Shown piece by piece: positions 1-12,723 of a stretch of DNA of 64,000 nt. The translations under genes and the position numbers were made by a program. The stretch comes from Lingula anatina. Taxonomy: Eukaryota > Animalia > Brachiopoda. The DNA is taken from positions 26,728,401-26,792,400 of the forward strand of contig CM120641.1 of NCBI GenBank assembly GCA_051362555.1, read 5' to 3'. Numbering within the stretch: position 1 is the first letter of the stretch; each line of letters opens with the position of its first letter. A model generated the notes under the pieces. That model saw only the letters and a program-made list of their open reading frames with translations. It made no database searches and had not been told where the DNA came from.

Positions 1-2756
1 CAAATTTCTTTTTTTGATATATAAATCAAATTCCTTTGTTAGATAAATATGTATGGCATATTATTTATATGTGCCATCCTCATATGGAGTATTTTGTTAA
101 ATTTGCTTTTAACCAAAAAGCATGTGTATTTTTATCCTGAATCTTTTGGTTGGTTTTAAGTTTTAAGATAGCTGGTGTATATGAAAAGTTATTAGGTAGA
201 AATGGCAGTGTGATAAATTTACAAAATAAGCTGTTACTTATCATCAAGTTGGTAAAAAATTCAGTAAACCAGCTCTCCTGCTTTAATGGAGAATATTTTT
301 ACTGGAAGTCTTCTTTGTCAATTGTGTGCTGTCTTTGAATATTTGTGTCTCTAGTTGGCAGTGTGCATTCCTTCTCAAATGATGATCAGCAAAAATTAAT
401 CTCAAGTCACTTTTGAAAGGACACTTTGAATATGACTTGTTGATTTTGCAGTCAAAATCAGTGAAATGTGAAGATGTTGCTGTGGAACTCTCAACTTCTT
501 TGGCAGTTATTTATTATTATTTCATTATATTTTTCGATTTAAGGTATGACCTAAAAAGCTATCAATTCACCAAGGGCCTTTCTTCTGTCTGTTAACTCTG
601 TTAAATCTTGTGACAGCTATGCCTATATATAGGTTCTTGTTCTGTATTATCCAATTGCAAGGATATTGGTGTCATAATCTATTGCAGGTGTTCCAGAGTA
701 ATAAGCGGTGAATAGATCATTTGTAAGGACTGCTGTTCAAGTCATTTGTAGGTCTTCGTCTTTCATGGGCCAAGTAATTCTGCTTGTTGGAGCAGTTTAT
801 GGTTTTCCTTTATTGAGCAAAGTTATCATCTTAGACGTCATGTGTTAACTGTTATAGCTTATTGTAGGTTTTTTGTGCACTTGGTGTAAGTCTTTCTTCT
901 TAGGCTTTCAAAAAATAACTAAAGGTAATTTGAAAAAATTAGATTTAACTAGAAAAAAAAATATTTTTCTTTCTTAAGTTTAATTGAACAAAATTTAGAA
1001 CCTTTATTAGTGTTCACTACTGAAGGAAATCCCAGTTTTCATTATTTCTTTTTTATCATATTCTTAATAGGGCTTTTTATTTTAAGTGGATCTCATTTTT
1101 CTGAAATCACGTTCTTAATGTCAAACAAGCTTGTTTGAATAAAGGTTTGGTCAATCCACATATTTTAAAATACTTTCTCCTTTATAGGAAGAGACATCCT
1201 TTAGATAGATCTTCATGATGACTTGGAAGGCAGTAACTGCTAACCACACATTTATCTCCATAAACGATGTTAACATGACTGTTTAGACTCTACTGATTGA
1301 TTCATTTCTCCATCCAGACATATACTTGATTGGATTTGATTGTATCCCTGTGGTATTAGAGATGTCATTAGTGGCTGCAGAACTACTTTGTCAACTTAAA
1401 AAGAGATGGTCTGCGTGTTCAGCGCAATGGCGACTGTTACTTAGTGGCATTTTCCTGTCCTACCTTATATGTGATTGTAATAGCTCAGGCCTTCCCCTTT
1501 CTGAACTATGGGGGAATAAAGAACTGATAGCGGGATAATTACTAAGAGTGGAAGAGGGAGAAAATGAGTTTTTTTTTCTGATTTCTGATTTTGCATATTT
1601 TACTCATGATCAAGTACTGGTATGCATGAGATGATGAAGAAGAAACTTGCCTGCAATGGTGTTTTCAGTGAATGTGTAAAATATTCAGGATGAATTACAT
1701 GTAAAAAAAGAATTTTTTAAAAGTCTATACCAGTGACAATTGTGGACTAAGTTGTTGAATATCCTCCGTTGCACTGTTCTTAAACTGTTTTTTTCTTCTG
1801 CTTCTTAATTTCTGCATGCCTAAGCAAATCTTGACATCACCCCCCAGGGAAATCATTGTAGAATGTTAATCTAGCATGACAAAAGTTGTTGTCTCATGTC
1901 ATTGCGTAAGAATGGCATTGCTGTTTTAATTGCATGGCACGATGAGCAATCAAAAGTGCATCTCAAAATATTTGCTCCACTAGCTTTTGTAGTACACATG
2001 GGATTCTCAGATTGTGAAATGAATGGATTTAGTATAATATGTATGTCATGATGTTATCTCATAGTTTTCACTTGGAAATTGAATGAAATCATTTTAACGC
2101 ATTTAGAGATGTACAAGTTTTTTTTTATTTGAAGTGGTGTAATTTAAAAGAGGCATACACTGTGCTTTTACAAATAATGGAAGTTCATGTTTAACTTACA
2201 CAACTTCACATGTTTAGAGACCAAGGAATGAAATTATTTTTTTTCATCTACACATATATTTGAAGATTTCATCTGAACCATTCAGTAATGAAAGAGTATC
2301 AGGAATTCCTTTGATATTGCCCATAATTTTAAGGCCCTCAACACACGTCATTGACAAGTATACATATGCTTGTAATTTTCTAATAATAATCATACTTTGA
2401 ATGATTCATCTTATGTTTGGAATCTTAAGATGACTTGGTAGAAAGGTTTTAAGGACCACTTCAAAATTTTGGTTTAAAAAAAGGCTGATGTATTTTTTGA
2501 ATCTTTAAACTGATACAACTTATTTAGAATCTGGAAGCTAATCAAGAGAATTGATTGTGCCCACCATTTCCCCACTTTGATTTTCAATATTTTGGTTCCC
2601 CTCTTTGGCCCTTCTAGACCTTAAAAATACAGTGTCCTTTTATACGACTTATTATGTTTACACTTAAACAATTCATACCTCCCTTTAACAATCCATTTCC
2701 TTCTTCTTTATTAGAAATGAAAGAAAAATCAGTGAATTCAAAATTGTATCTTTCAG

Positions 2757-3751
2757 GGTTCCTGATAAGTCTGATGTCCAGTTTGGTAGTATAAAGCAAG
2801 GTGACCAATGTATGGACACGTTAGGACACAGGTCAGGAGAAAGCGTTGGTGTTTACGCCTGTCATGGCGCTGGAGGGAACCAGGAATGGGTGCAGACAAA
2901 GGAAGGGCGCATTAAACATCATGAGTTCTGTCTGACCATTGGGGATAAGCCTGGTAGTTTGGTACGGATGAAGCCCTGTGATGGAAATGACAGAAATCAG
3001 GTGGGTTGGCATGACAATTTAAGTAAATGCGCACTTTTTTTTTCATAGTCATGACAAAATGTAGTACTACTATAATTAAAGGTATGCTCCATGAGATGTA
3101 CTACTATAATTAAAGGTATGCTCCATGAGATTTACCTGCCAAAAAAGATAAAAATAAGCAACTTTCTTGTACTGGCAAATCATTTGTCCATCTTTCTTTA
3201 CATTTGGATTCGACCTTTGATAAAATTTGTATAGCTTAATGTTATCTAAAAATAACAGCGATCATTTTCCTATAAGCTCCAATGGAAATATCAACATCAG
3301 GTAGGCTCCAGAAAAATATTGAAGGTTTAAAGCTTTTTAAGGTGTATGCAAGGTTTTATAAGAAGCTTTGGATGGCAAAAAGAAGCATTTTGGGGATTTT
3401 CAAACCAGTGGAGTATACCTTTAATTTTTAAATTTAATTTTAAATTCAAGTTTTGGTGTATGGTTTTATTTAAGCACCTTTTACTGTCATATTGTGGATA
3501 ACATGCCATAAAGGCAATTTAATTTCAGTTTCATTATTTGGTGATGAAGGTTAAGAGTGAAATCCCTCTGTTTTTTTTTTTTTTTTCAGCAATTCATGAA
3601 ATTCAGCAGTAGCAAGATTCTAAAGCACATACAAATGAACTTGTGCATCGACTCACGGAACCACTCGACCAAGGGACTCACAGCTGAGACGTGTGATAAC
3701 AGTTCTGCATCACAGCTCTGGGATTTTATTATAGACCAAGAAAAGAAGTAG
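2757..3751 (+). CDS. GALNT2: Polypeptide N-acetylgalactosaminyltransferase 2-like, last two coding exons (2757-3000, 3590-3751; ricin-B lectin domain); upstream exons lie outside the window
   Basis: Spliced translation (R)VPDKSDVQFGSIKQGDQCMDTLGHRSGESVGVYACHGAGGNQEW...CLTI...PCDGNDRNQ|QFMKF...LCIDSR...ETCDNSSASQLWDF. This closely follows the GALNT2 C-terminus ([25 protein letters not shown]...CHNAGGNQEW). AG acceptors end at 2756 and 3589, GT donor at 3001, TAG ends at 3751, AATAAA at ~5583. Confidence 0.9.
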
Positions 3752-5647
3752 CATGTAGAGTCTATTAGCTGATTAGCTTTGGAGACTTTTTAGAAAAATA
3801 AGATAACTGACATTTAAAAAAGTAATTAATTGAAACTAAAATTGTGCAGATCGAGTGAGGTCTGTGAAGCTTATAGTGTCTTATGGGGTTTCATATTCTG
3901 AAGTGTTCATTAAAAAAAGACTGGCGTATTAGGGGAGATACTACATGTATGTCAGCTGTAGATTTTATTATCCAATCATACAATGAACGGAAGTGCTCTC
4001 TGCTCAGTTCTTCAGTTGCAATCTGCTTTAAAATTTATAAAATTCCAGAAATGGTAGCGATAGTAGCATATTTTTATTCTAGTCATGGAATTATTTAGCT
4101 CATTTTATTTATTTTCTTAATATAATATGCAGTTTTTTTTGGACCCTCTTTGTGCAACTTCCATGCAGTTGTCTTCCTAATTAACTTTCAGTGGTTTGTT
4201 CGGTAATAATTTGAGACACAAAACTGACTGTATTTCAAACTAAGTTGACATAGAAATTAATGTTTTATGGTTCAGTTTTATACATGATTTTTATTTCTGG
4301 GGACAGCCATTTTTCTGCCATTTATTACTAACCTTTAGCATTGCTGATAATCGAAGAGAGGTTATCTGAATCTTTTATTTTATAAAATTTTCACACTGAA
4401 ATTCTTCAATGATCCATTTGCAGCTGTGCTGCTAGGTCATATTCAAAACATTATCCGATTTTAAATGTACTTTTTATTAATACTTAAAATTTTAGTAGTA
4501 TTGTTCGCACACAAACATAGTTAAGTGAAATTACCCATAAGCATATCCCATTCTTTTAAAGATCTCAGAATGTTTTACTGTTTATTTTCATTGAAAGGTA
4601 TACTTGTTTATGACTTTGTTGGTAAATATGTATTATATTAAAAAGCAGTAAAAAAAGATTTGAAAAGGGTAAAAGTTTAAATAACAATGAAACATGGGTT
4701 TTTCAGTTTCATTTCTGTGACAATGTTAAACACTGAATTGACAGAAGTGATAGATTTAGTTACTGTGCATATGTTCACTTAAGCTTATCTCTATCTCTGG
4801 TAATTAGAAAGAAATTTGCAGTTCTATGTCAGGCCAATCTGGATTCTTGTGTATTTGAAGCATTATGGTAAGAATGACTTGCAGACTGCAGTATTAAATG
4901 TATCAGCACAGTTGATCTATAACAAATTAATGAGTTATAGATACATGTAAGAGCTCACACACATTTGCATTATTGGCTACGAAGGTTAACAACAAAATAC
5001 TGCTTTGTTGGCAAACCTTTGCATTTGAACCTCATAGTCTTGGTGGGAAACCAATTAAACCCCTTCAATTTATCCAACAATGTCTCAGTAGTTAATTAAA
5101 CTTTTCTGTGGTAGTGGCAAGTTTGTTTTGTAGTGAGAATTTGCAATCAAGCTATCTATATGCGATTCAACTGAACATGTACATGGGTAATCCTACTGGT
5201 GGTGGTTGTGCATTATTGAAAACTGCCGTTATTTGTGGTGATGGTTTTTTTAATGGGTTGTCTTTCAAAATTTCAGATTTGATACAGTTATTGACCAAGC
5301 ATTGTAGACAGTAATTATTTGTATTCATCAGAGGCTCATGTGAGATGTATTATTACTGTTTGTTTGAACTAAAGTTACACTGTTGTAACTACCTTATAAT
5401 GAGGTTGTGCTTTTTTGCACTGACTTAGCCTCTTAGTGAACATTTTTATGTAATTGGTATGTGTCTATTATGTATTGACTTTCAGTTTTATGATTCAATT
5501 TGATAATATGTAATCTTTAAATACAGTTATTTTATAATTTTAACAAATTCATTGTTATAAAATGTTGATATTGAATAAGTAAAATAAAGCCAAAATATTT
5601 TAACTACCAAAGGGCAAAATTTGTTTTGGTGTTTTTGTCTTGGAATT

Positions 5648-5767
5648 TTTTTTTTTTTTTAACAGATTTATTTCTACAATCAAGATATACATAAAAAATA
5701 CATTCAGAGCAGGCGGCACATCGCCACAGCATTATGTGCTCGCCACAGCATTATGTGCATTATGTGC
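5648..5767 (-). mobile_element. 5'-truncated retroposed insertion (non-LTR/SINE 3' end) with poly(A) tail and 13-bp TSD
   Basis: TTGTCTTGGAATT occurs at 5635-5647 and 5768-5780. On the minus strand AATAAA precedes a poly(A) run. The 5' end carries short tandem duplications (cgccacagcattatgtgc x2). Confidence 0.7.
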
Positions 5768-6029
5768 TTGTCTTGGAATTATTATCATTAAATTATAATT
5801 TAAGTGTGTAAGCTTTTTTGCTTCCTGGTTCCCTGTCCAAAAGTATTTATTGGAAAATTAAATAAAAAGCTTATGTCATGCTGAAATTAAATTTTGAAGT
5901 TCAATAAAAATCATAAATAATCACTGCTAACTACAATCTTACAGAAGTTATTATTGTCTGTTTCTTAGTTTTAAAGCAAATGGTTAATATGCACTCTGAA
6001 TAAACTTTCAAGCACTGCCATTACTTTTA

Positions 6030-6252
6030 GACTGGGTTCCCACAGATCTAGGTCGATCCATTTGGATCGACCTAACTCCCTGGGGGTTCACGCTAAATTG
6101 CTGTCAGCTTCCGGTAGCCGAGCGTGCACTAAAGTAAATACCCCCTTACAGCTTTTAGTAGGCGGGACAGACATTTAAGCCGGTTAACCTAACAGCAAAC
6201 TAGTAAGACTCCCCAGGGGGATAGATCGGTCTAAATATCTGTGGGAATGGTC
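6030..6252. mobile_element. MITE family A, copy 1 (PIF/Harbinger-like)
   Basis: Imperfect TIR ttcccacagat..tag.tcgatc / gatcggtctaaatatctgtgggaa, flanked by TTA on both sides. Homologous along its length to 21534-21748. Confidence 0.75.
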
Positions 6253-6888
6253 TTAGCATTTTCTCATTGTTGTAGTAGTAATGGAGACAATGTGAAAATT
6301 AATACATTTTTAAATGAATGTGTCGTAGTCTGTTTGCTTTTGGTAGACCTTTTCATGTGCTAAAGACAGGCACATGTACAACGTTACGTTACAGATAAAT
6401 TATGTCTAATATTGCCTCAACAGAGCCAAGTGCAAATTTTGCTTGAAAAAAATTAAAAAGATTATTTGTCAAGATTTTTTCTCTTATGACATTTAAGTCT
6501 CTAGTCTCTTATATCATTATATTTATCTATTCATTTATCAAGTGTCTTTTAAATATGATTATGCCATGATATTATTATTATTATTATTATTTATTTATAT
6601 ATTTTTGTATTTTCAATTATATCTGTATGAAATTAAAATTTGCATGCATTTAATCATTTAGTGAAAATTGTTTTACAGTATTCAGCATAGATATATCATA
6701 TAATTTGCATCACACTTTTGTCGCAAAAATAAAAATGATGCCGTTCTTTCCATTAATAAATCATATTTTCATAATCATTATATACTTTACACAAATTGTT
6801 TCTCATTACATTGTGTTTGTTGCGCGAGAGACGTATTATCTTAGTCACAAGTGCCCCCTACTGTTTATTTGGGAAACTATAGTCAACC

Positions 6889-7734
6889 ATGTGGAGTCGA
6901 GTGAGTGTTCGGATTCTTGGGATTTCTACGAGGCTACCACACCCTGACTCCGCGGTTGTGCCCGTAGTTAATGCGAGAAGATATTTACAAGACAGAACCA
7001 GATTTTACAAAAACGCTCACATCGAGCACAGCAAGCAAGGGTGGGAGGTACTTTTGGACAAAAAGAAGTTGAAAACCCCGTTTGGAAATGTATTCCAAGT
7101 CCCATCTGAAGCTTTAGCCTTGGCTGTAGCGACGGAATGGAACGAGCAAGAAAAGGTTATAAAGTCGCACGATATGCACTTGACATCGTTATGTAATACA
7201 GCGATTGACAATCCTACTCACAGAAACAAAGAACAGACTGTAGACAGTATCATTCATTTCTTGGACACTGACACAATATGCTACTGGTTAGACGAGCCAG
7301 AAGAACTCACCGACCTTCAGAATGCAGAATGGAAACCAATGATAGAATGGTTGCAGCATAGATATGACATATCGGTTGAGCCCACCTATGGGTTACTTCC
7401 CCCAGGAATACCCGAGGAGACCAGAGCGCTTTTGCAAAGGCATCTGAATTCTTACACTCCATGGGCCTTGGTTGGTTTTGAGTATTGCACTGATGCCTTG
7501 AAATCTCTGATCCTAACTTTAGGTGTTATGGACAGGCATCTGTCTGTGGAGAAGGCAGTGGAGCTGTCGAGGCTAGAACTAGAATTTCAGATCAAAAGGT
7601 GGGGCTCTGTAGAGTGGCATCACGATATAGACTTGCTGGAATTGAAGGCGAGGGTGGCAGCTGCAGTGTTATTTGTACATATGTCGACTGAATTTCAGAC
7701 TGCTGACACTGCCAAACAGACACAAAGAGGATGA
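6889..7734 (+). CDS. ATPAF2: ATP synthase mitochondrial F1 complex assembly factor 2 (ATP12 family), single coding exon, 281 aa
   Basis: Arg-rich presequence-like N-terminus followed by ATP12 motifs RFYKN, LDKKKLKTP, ALAVATEW, MHLTSLCNTAIDNP, FLDTDTICY, LSRLELEFQIKRWGSVEWHHD. Confidence 0.95.
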   Translation: MWSRVSVRILGISTRLPHPDSAVVPVVNARRYLQDRTRFYKNAHIEHSKQGWEVLLDKKKLKTPFGNVFQVPSEALALAVATEWNEQEKVIKSHDMHLTSLCNTAIDNPTHRNKEQTVDSIIHFLDTDTICYWLDEPEELTDLQNAEWKPMIEWLQHRYDISVEPTYGLLPPGIPEETRALLQRHLNSYTPWALVGFEYCTDALKSLILTLGVMDRHLSVEKAVELSRLELEFQIKRWGSVEWHHDIDLLELKARVAAAVLFVHMSTEFQTADTAKQTQRG

Positions 7735-10539
7735 TTCAGATGTACAAGTTAAATTCCAGTGAATTAAATTATAAGATTGATATGATCAAAACTGCAATAG
7801 GAATAGTTGCCACCAGTACTTCAAACAGCTACAATTATGACTTTCTGCCTACTATTTGGACCTTTGTACCCTTATTTTACCATCTTACCATCATTAAAAA
7901 CTATTGAACTATGTGTGCTTGGTAATCGAATGAAACTGTAATTGTGGGGCTTCTGTACAATAAGTCCTTAATTGTGGAAGTAAAGATGTTATTCCTACTG
8001 AGTGTTGTTGAAGGTTCAAGAACTGATGGGCACCGCCCCTACCCGAGTCAAATGTAATAATTATATGACAAAAATATAAATAGATAAATAAGTAAATTTT
8101 AAAAAACTAAGAAAAATTATTTTAAAAAAAATAGGGGGATATAGTACAGTAGTACTCTGACACAATTTGTATGGTCACCTGCATAGATGCAGTTTAGCAT
8201 GGGAATTTGCCCATCCCTTTCTTTTTCTGCTTAAAAGATTGTATTTGTTAATAAAATTTTTATATATTTTAAGTTGAAGTGAAGTTTTTAAAAATCAATT
8301 GACGAAAAGGAAATAACATTTGATGTAGATAAATGTCAACTAAGTGGAAAGCGGCACAAATCTCCATGGCAAGTTATTATATCAGTATGCCACATTAGTA
8401 TATATTCTGTAAAAAGGGGGAACTAAAGATAGTTATATTTTCCCCAACCTTATGAACACCCCCAGTCCCGTCCTAAATTTTCTCTGTCGATGTAATTATG
8501 TAATAATCTATTGAATTTATTATTATTTACTTCTAAAATTGTCATATACGTTTTACATAGTTCAGAATTATACCTAGGCAGGATCCCGAAAGCGTTATTC
8601 CATAAATTATTATCTAAAAAAGCGCTGGACTTTTCACTTAAAACTTACAGAAGCAACAGATATACTACGAACATGGTAGCGGTTACAGTTATTTCATTTC
8701 AGTTCATTCAAAATAACCAAAACAATTGCATTACCATGAAAATAGAAAGGTGAGCGAACTATATCCATGTAAGGCAATAACCCTCAGAATTGAATTGGCA
8801 GTGATATGATAGGTGCATTCTGCGATGAGCGATTTTTGTACAATTATGAATTGATTTATTAAATAATCAGTATCAATCAAGAGCTCACAAAACATTTTTA
8901 AAAAGCAATCAGTCTGAAAAATTGCATAGTATCGCTTTTCTTGTGAGAATGATATCAACAGCAACAGCCAATCAAAATTCGCCATACCTGTTGCAATTTG
9001 CATAATTAGTCGTTCAGCACAGTGTGAGCTGTCATCCAGATCAGTCACTTCACAGCTGGGCCGTGTAAGGAAAGGACGCAGGACAGATGTGGTGAAGTCG
9101 CAAGGCCGAATACTTCATTCGTTGGAACAAATTTGTCTTGTGAGTAGCATCTTTTCAGTAAGCAAGTACCAAAGGCGTGCAAGAAGGGAAACACGTCAGG
9201 TTTATTTTGCGTAACTCGATAGTTTTAGACCAGTGTATGGCTATCGCCTTTGTCATTTGCATACGAACACTTTTCCCGTTTTGTGAGCTTTATACAACTT
9301 GTTTGTAGGCCTACTAGTAAGTGATTGTCAGAAGTGTGTTTTAGTTCGGAATTTCATTGGCACTTCAAAATGGCGTTTATAATGAGATGTTCTTTGTACC
9401 AAAAGACCTTTCTTATAAATTTTCCGTGTTTCGTCGAGTTCAAATTATCCTTATATTTTCACACGACCTAGATTACATTCCGGGTGGTTCACTGGATTTT
9501 GGAAAAGTTTTCCGTAAATAACCTCGGAAAAAACGCTGTCGATAGACGCATAAATACTATGAAGAAAGTTGTCATATTTTATATCACTTTTTGGTGTCCA
9601 GATTCAGTCACTTTTATTACAACAAACCTACTTTGTGTATCCGTAGATTTGACGTGTTTTCCTATGTCATTCTCGTAGTTTAATAGAATTGGATTAACAA
9701 CATCCATTGAAATTTATTGTAAAATATCGGAGAATTTTGGATCTCGAACTGCATGCCTCTTTTCCATTATCAATTATTAAGTTAAGTTGAAATGGCACGG
9801 GGATATTTATCAATGTCTTTAATGTATGTTATTTTCATGTTTCAGAACACTGCCATTTCCTTTGCCAAGATACTGCAAAATGCACATACGACTGATAAGA
9901 AGCTGCCCTAGTCTTCCATATTTTTGAAAATGACACGGACATGGACATTAAAAATTTATATGTTGACAATCGTTCATGATTTTAAAAATAATAGCTTATT
10001 CTTAATTTTCTACATACTGAAATGGCGCACTAAGATCGACCATGTTTCATTTTCCTTAAAATCAGACATCAATTATTTGAAATAAATGATGCCATAAGAA
10101 TTGATCGATAAAAATAATAAAAGTTTCTCTTCAATTTTCTTATGTTATGCAATAGTTTAATAATTTAAAGCTATAATATAATATATAAAGCCATAATATA
10201 ATCTCAAAGTGCTTACATATTACAACTTTCAAATTTAAAGGTAAAATTGCATTTTCACCAGATCGCAAATTGAGATTTGCGTGCGATTGTTTATTATAAT
10301 TAACGACTGTATTATTCGTTATGATGAACATTGTAGAAGAAAACTTTATGTTATCATTTGCAACTTTACTCTGACATTTGTGAACGGCAGTAATTTTTTC
10401 TGAATAAATACGCTTTTTTGGGGATGTTTTCAGTTTGATCTTAAAGATACATAAGTGAAAGTAGTAGTATAAATATATTCTGGATTTCAAACGTAATGTA
10501 CTCTATATTAAACGCATTCTAAGTCACAAGTTGGGGGAG

Positions 10540-11082
10540 TCAATTTGTTTTTGAGGGAAGGCAGATGGGTTCAGTCCACTCAATTTTAAAGGGTGACAGG
10601 TTGGCCAAGTCCATTCATTTTAAGGGGTGACAGGTGGGGCGAGTCCATTACGTTTTGAGGGGTGGCAGGTGGGGCGAGTCCATTGTTTTGAGGGGTGACA
10701 GGTGGGGCGAGTTCATTACGTTTTGAGGGGTGACAGGTGGGGCGAGTTCATTACGTTTTGAGGGGCGACAGGTGGGGAGAGTTCATTCTGTTTTGAGGGG
10801 CGACAGGTGGGGCGAGTCCATTCATTTTAAGGGGTGACAGGTGGGTCGAGTCCATTCCGTTTTGAGGGGTGACAGGTGGGGAGAGTCCATTCCGTTTTGA
10901 GGGGTGACAGGTGGGGCGAGTCCATTCATTTTAAGGGGTGACAGGTGGGGAGAGTCCATTCCGTTTTGAGGGGTGACAGGTGGGGAAAGTCCATTCCGTT
11001 TTGAGGGGTGACAGGTGGGGAGAGTCCATTCCGTTTTGAGGGGTGACAGGTGGGGAGAGTCCATTACTTTTAAGGGGTGATA
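10540..11082. repeat. G-rich minisatellite, ~33-34 bp unit, ~16 copies
   Basis: Unit GGGGTGACAGGTGGGGAGAGTCCATTCCGTTTTGA is tandemly repeated. Copies are degenerate at the left end and homogeneous at the right end. Confidence 0.95.
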
Positions 11083-12434
11083 TGTGAGATGACTTAAGAT
11101 TATTAGAGCATTAACTGCACACTTAGGACTACTTAAAATTCAAAATTGGTTTGCAAATACATTAAGGAATTGGAATTTTTTTTTAAATATCATTTCAGTT
11201 ACTCCAAGCCAAATATATATAAATAAACTTTAAAATAGGACTCGGAGGAATGTGATCAGTTTTATATCATCAAAATAAAACGGCCCAATTCCTGGACCAG
11301 GCATTTTCATTTACTAATAAGTAGCAGAATATTTTCACTTTATCATTTTATTCAGATTTGTAATTGAATTATATATATATATATACAAGTATTTAGTTAG
11401 TCAAATTAGCGGTTGCGAAAAACCAAAAAACCGTCCAAAAAGGTTTGAATTACGTTATGATAAGTGAGGAAATGATATTCCGGAGGATGAACAAATTTGT
11501 TGTAAAGTAAAAAGAAATTATCGTGACATAGAACAAAATTTAGCAACAAAATTTAAAAAGCTGGTTTTTCGGTTACACTTTATAAATGTGCGTTTATAGA
11601 AATATTCTAAATATTTTAAAGATTTTAGACTTTAAAGTACTCAAATACCATCGTTTTGTTAATACTAGGTACGTTTGCAAAGCTTTTAAACCAATTCACT
11701 TCTAAATGTTTTCAGGTACCAAAGAAAATCGTCAAAGCAATACCAAGGGCAATATTTACAGATTATATCAGGTAGATTGAATTTGAAACTGCTGAAACAA
11801 TTATATCCACATCATCTTCATCATTTTCCATTTATTACTATTATCATTTTTTTCATATGATAATGAAAACACACAGACAAATATATTTATTCAATTCACA
11901 TAAAATAAATGCCTGGATAGGCGTAGAGTTCTTGAATGTGAACCAAAGGTAAGGTCGCTAGCAGGCGCGTGTTGAGCTGTACCTCGGTAGGTTCCTGAAA
12001 TAAGAAAATGATTTACTAGCAATTTTTGAATTAAACTGATAGGCTCTTAAATTTTTACTAATGAATGATTGCAGAGGATAGAGTGACATGAGCATTAATT
12101 GGCTTTTTCAAAATATAGGCAAGCACGAAATAAATTGAGGCCGTTTTATATCAAACATGATCCAAAATGAATGAATAATATTCTTAGAGAATATTCCGTA
12201 AAAAATAATAAAATAGTATTAAAAAATTAAGAGGAAATCCAGATTTAGTCGATATTGTTTCTTTCCCATCTGAATATCTGTCCATCTTGAAAATTTCATC
12301 AAAATATGCAGAAGACATTCCGAAATATCTTGCTTAAAAACATGAAAAGACAACCCATTTCATTTGCTGGTCGTAATAACGCATACTATTGAATGTTATG
12401 CTATGCATATGCTATGCATCGCGCCCTAGGAATT

Positions 12435-12587
12435 CAGAGCTCCGTCACTCGAAAGCATCGAGAATTGCGAATCACCTTTCATTTCGATGCTATTAGGGCT
12501 TATATGGGGCGAGTAAATCCCGAGTTATGAAATCGAGACGCTTGCGCTCGGTCGCAATTCGCGATGCTTTCGAGATACGGAGCCCTG
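12435..12587. mobile_element. Small MITE with ~36-bp TIRs (CAG...CTG ends, hAT-like)
   Basis: Left end cagagctccgtcactcgaaagcatcgagaattgcga versus reverse complement of right end cagggctccgtatctcgaaagcatcgcgaattgcga. No TSD recognised. Confidence 0.65.
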
Positions 12588-12723
12588 AACAGAAACCACC
12601 AAATAATTTTCCATTGACGGCAATACTAAGACATGCCTGCAAAAGTGCATAAACAAAATAATTTGGTAAAACATTTCGTATTCCCGTGGACAGCTGACAC
12701 ACTGACATAACTCCCCATGACAA

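Noticed and set aside
1-2756. Short ORFs at 150-1538
   Set aside because: AT-rich intron of GALNT2, with no coding signature or recognisable exon.
3064-3131. 34-bp direct tandem duplication in a GALNT2 intron
   Set aside because: An ordinary slippage duplication with no functional cue.
10540-11082. Regular ~33-bp repeats as a CRISPR array, and the 80-aa repeat ORF 10822-11064
   Set aside because: The units are contiguous with no unique spacers, there are no cas genes, and the context is eukaryotic. The ORF is a by-product of the repeat.
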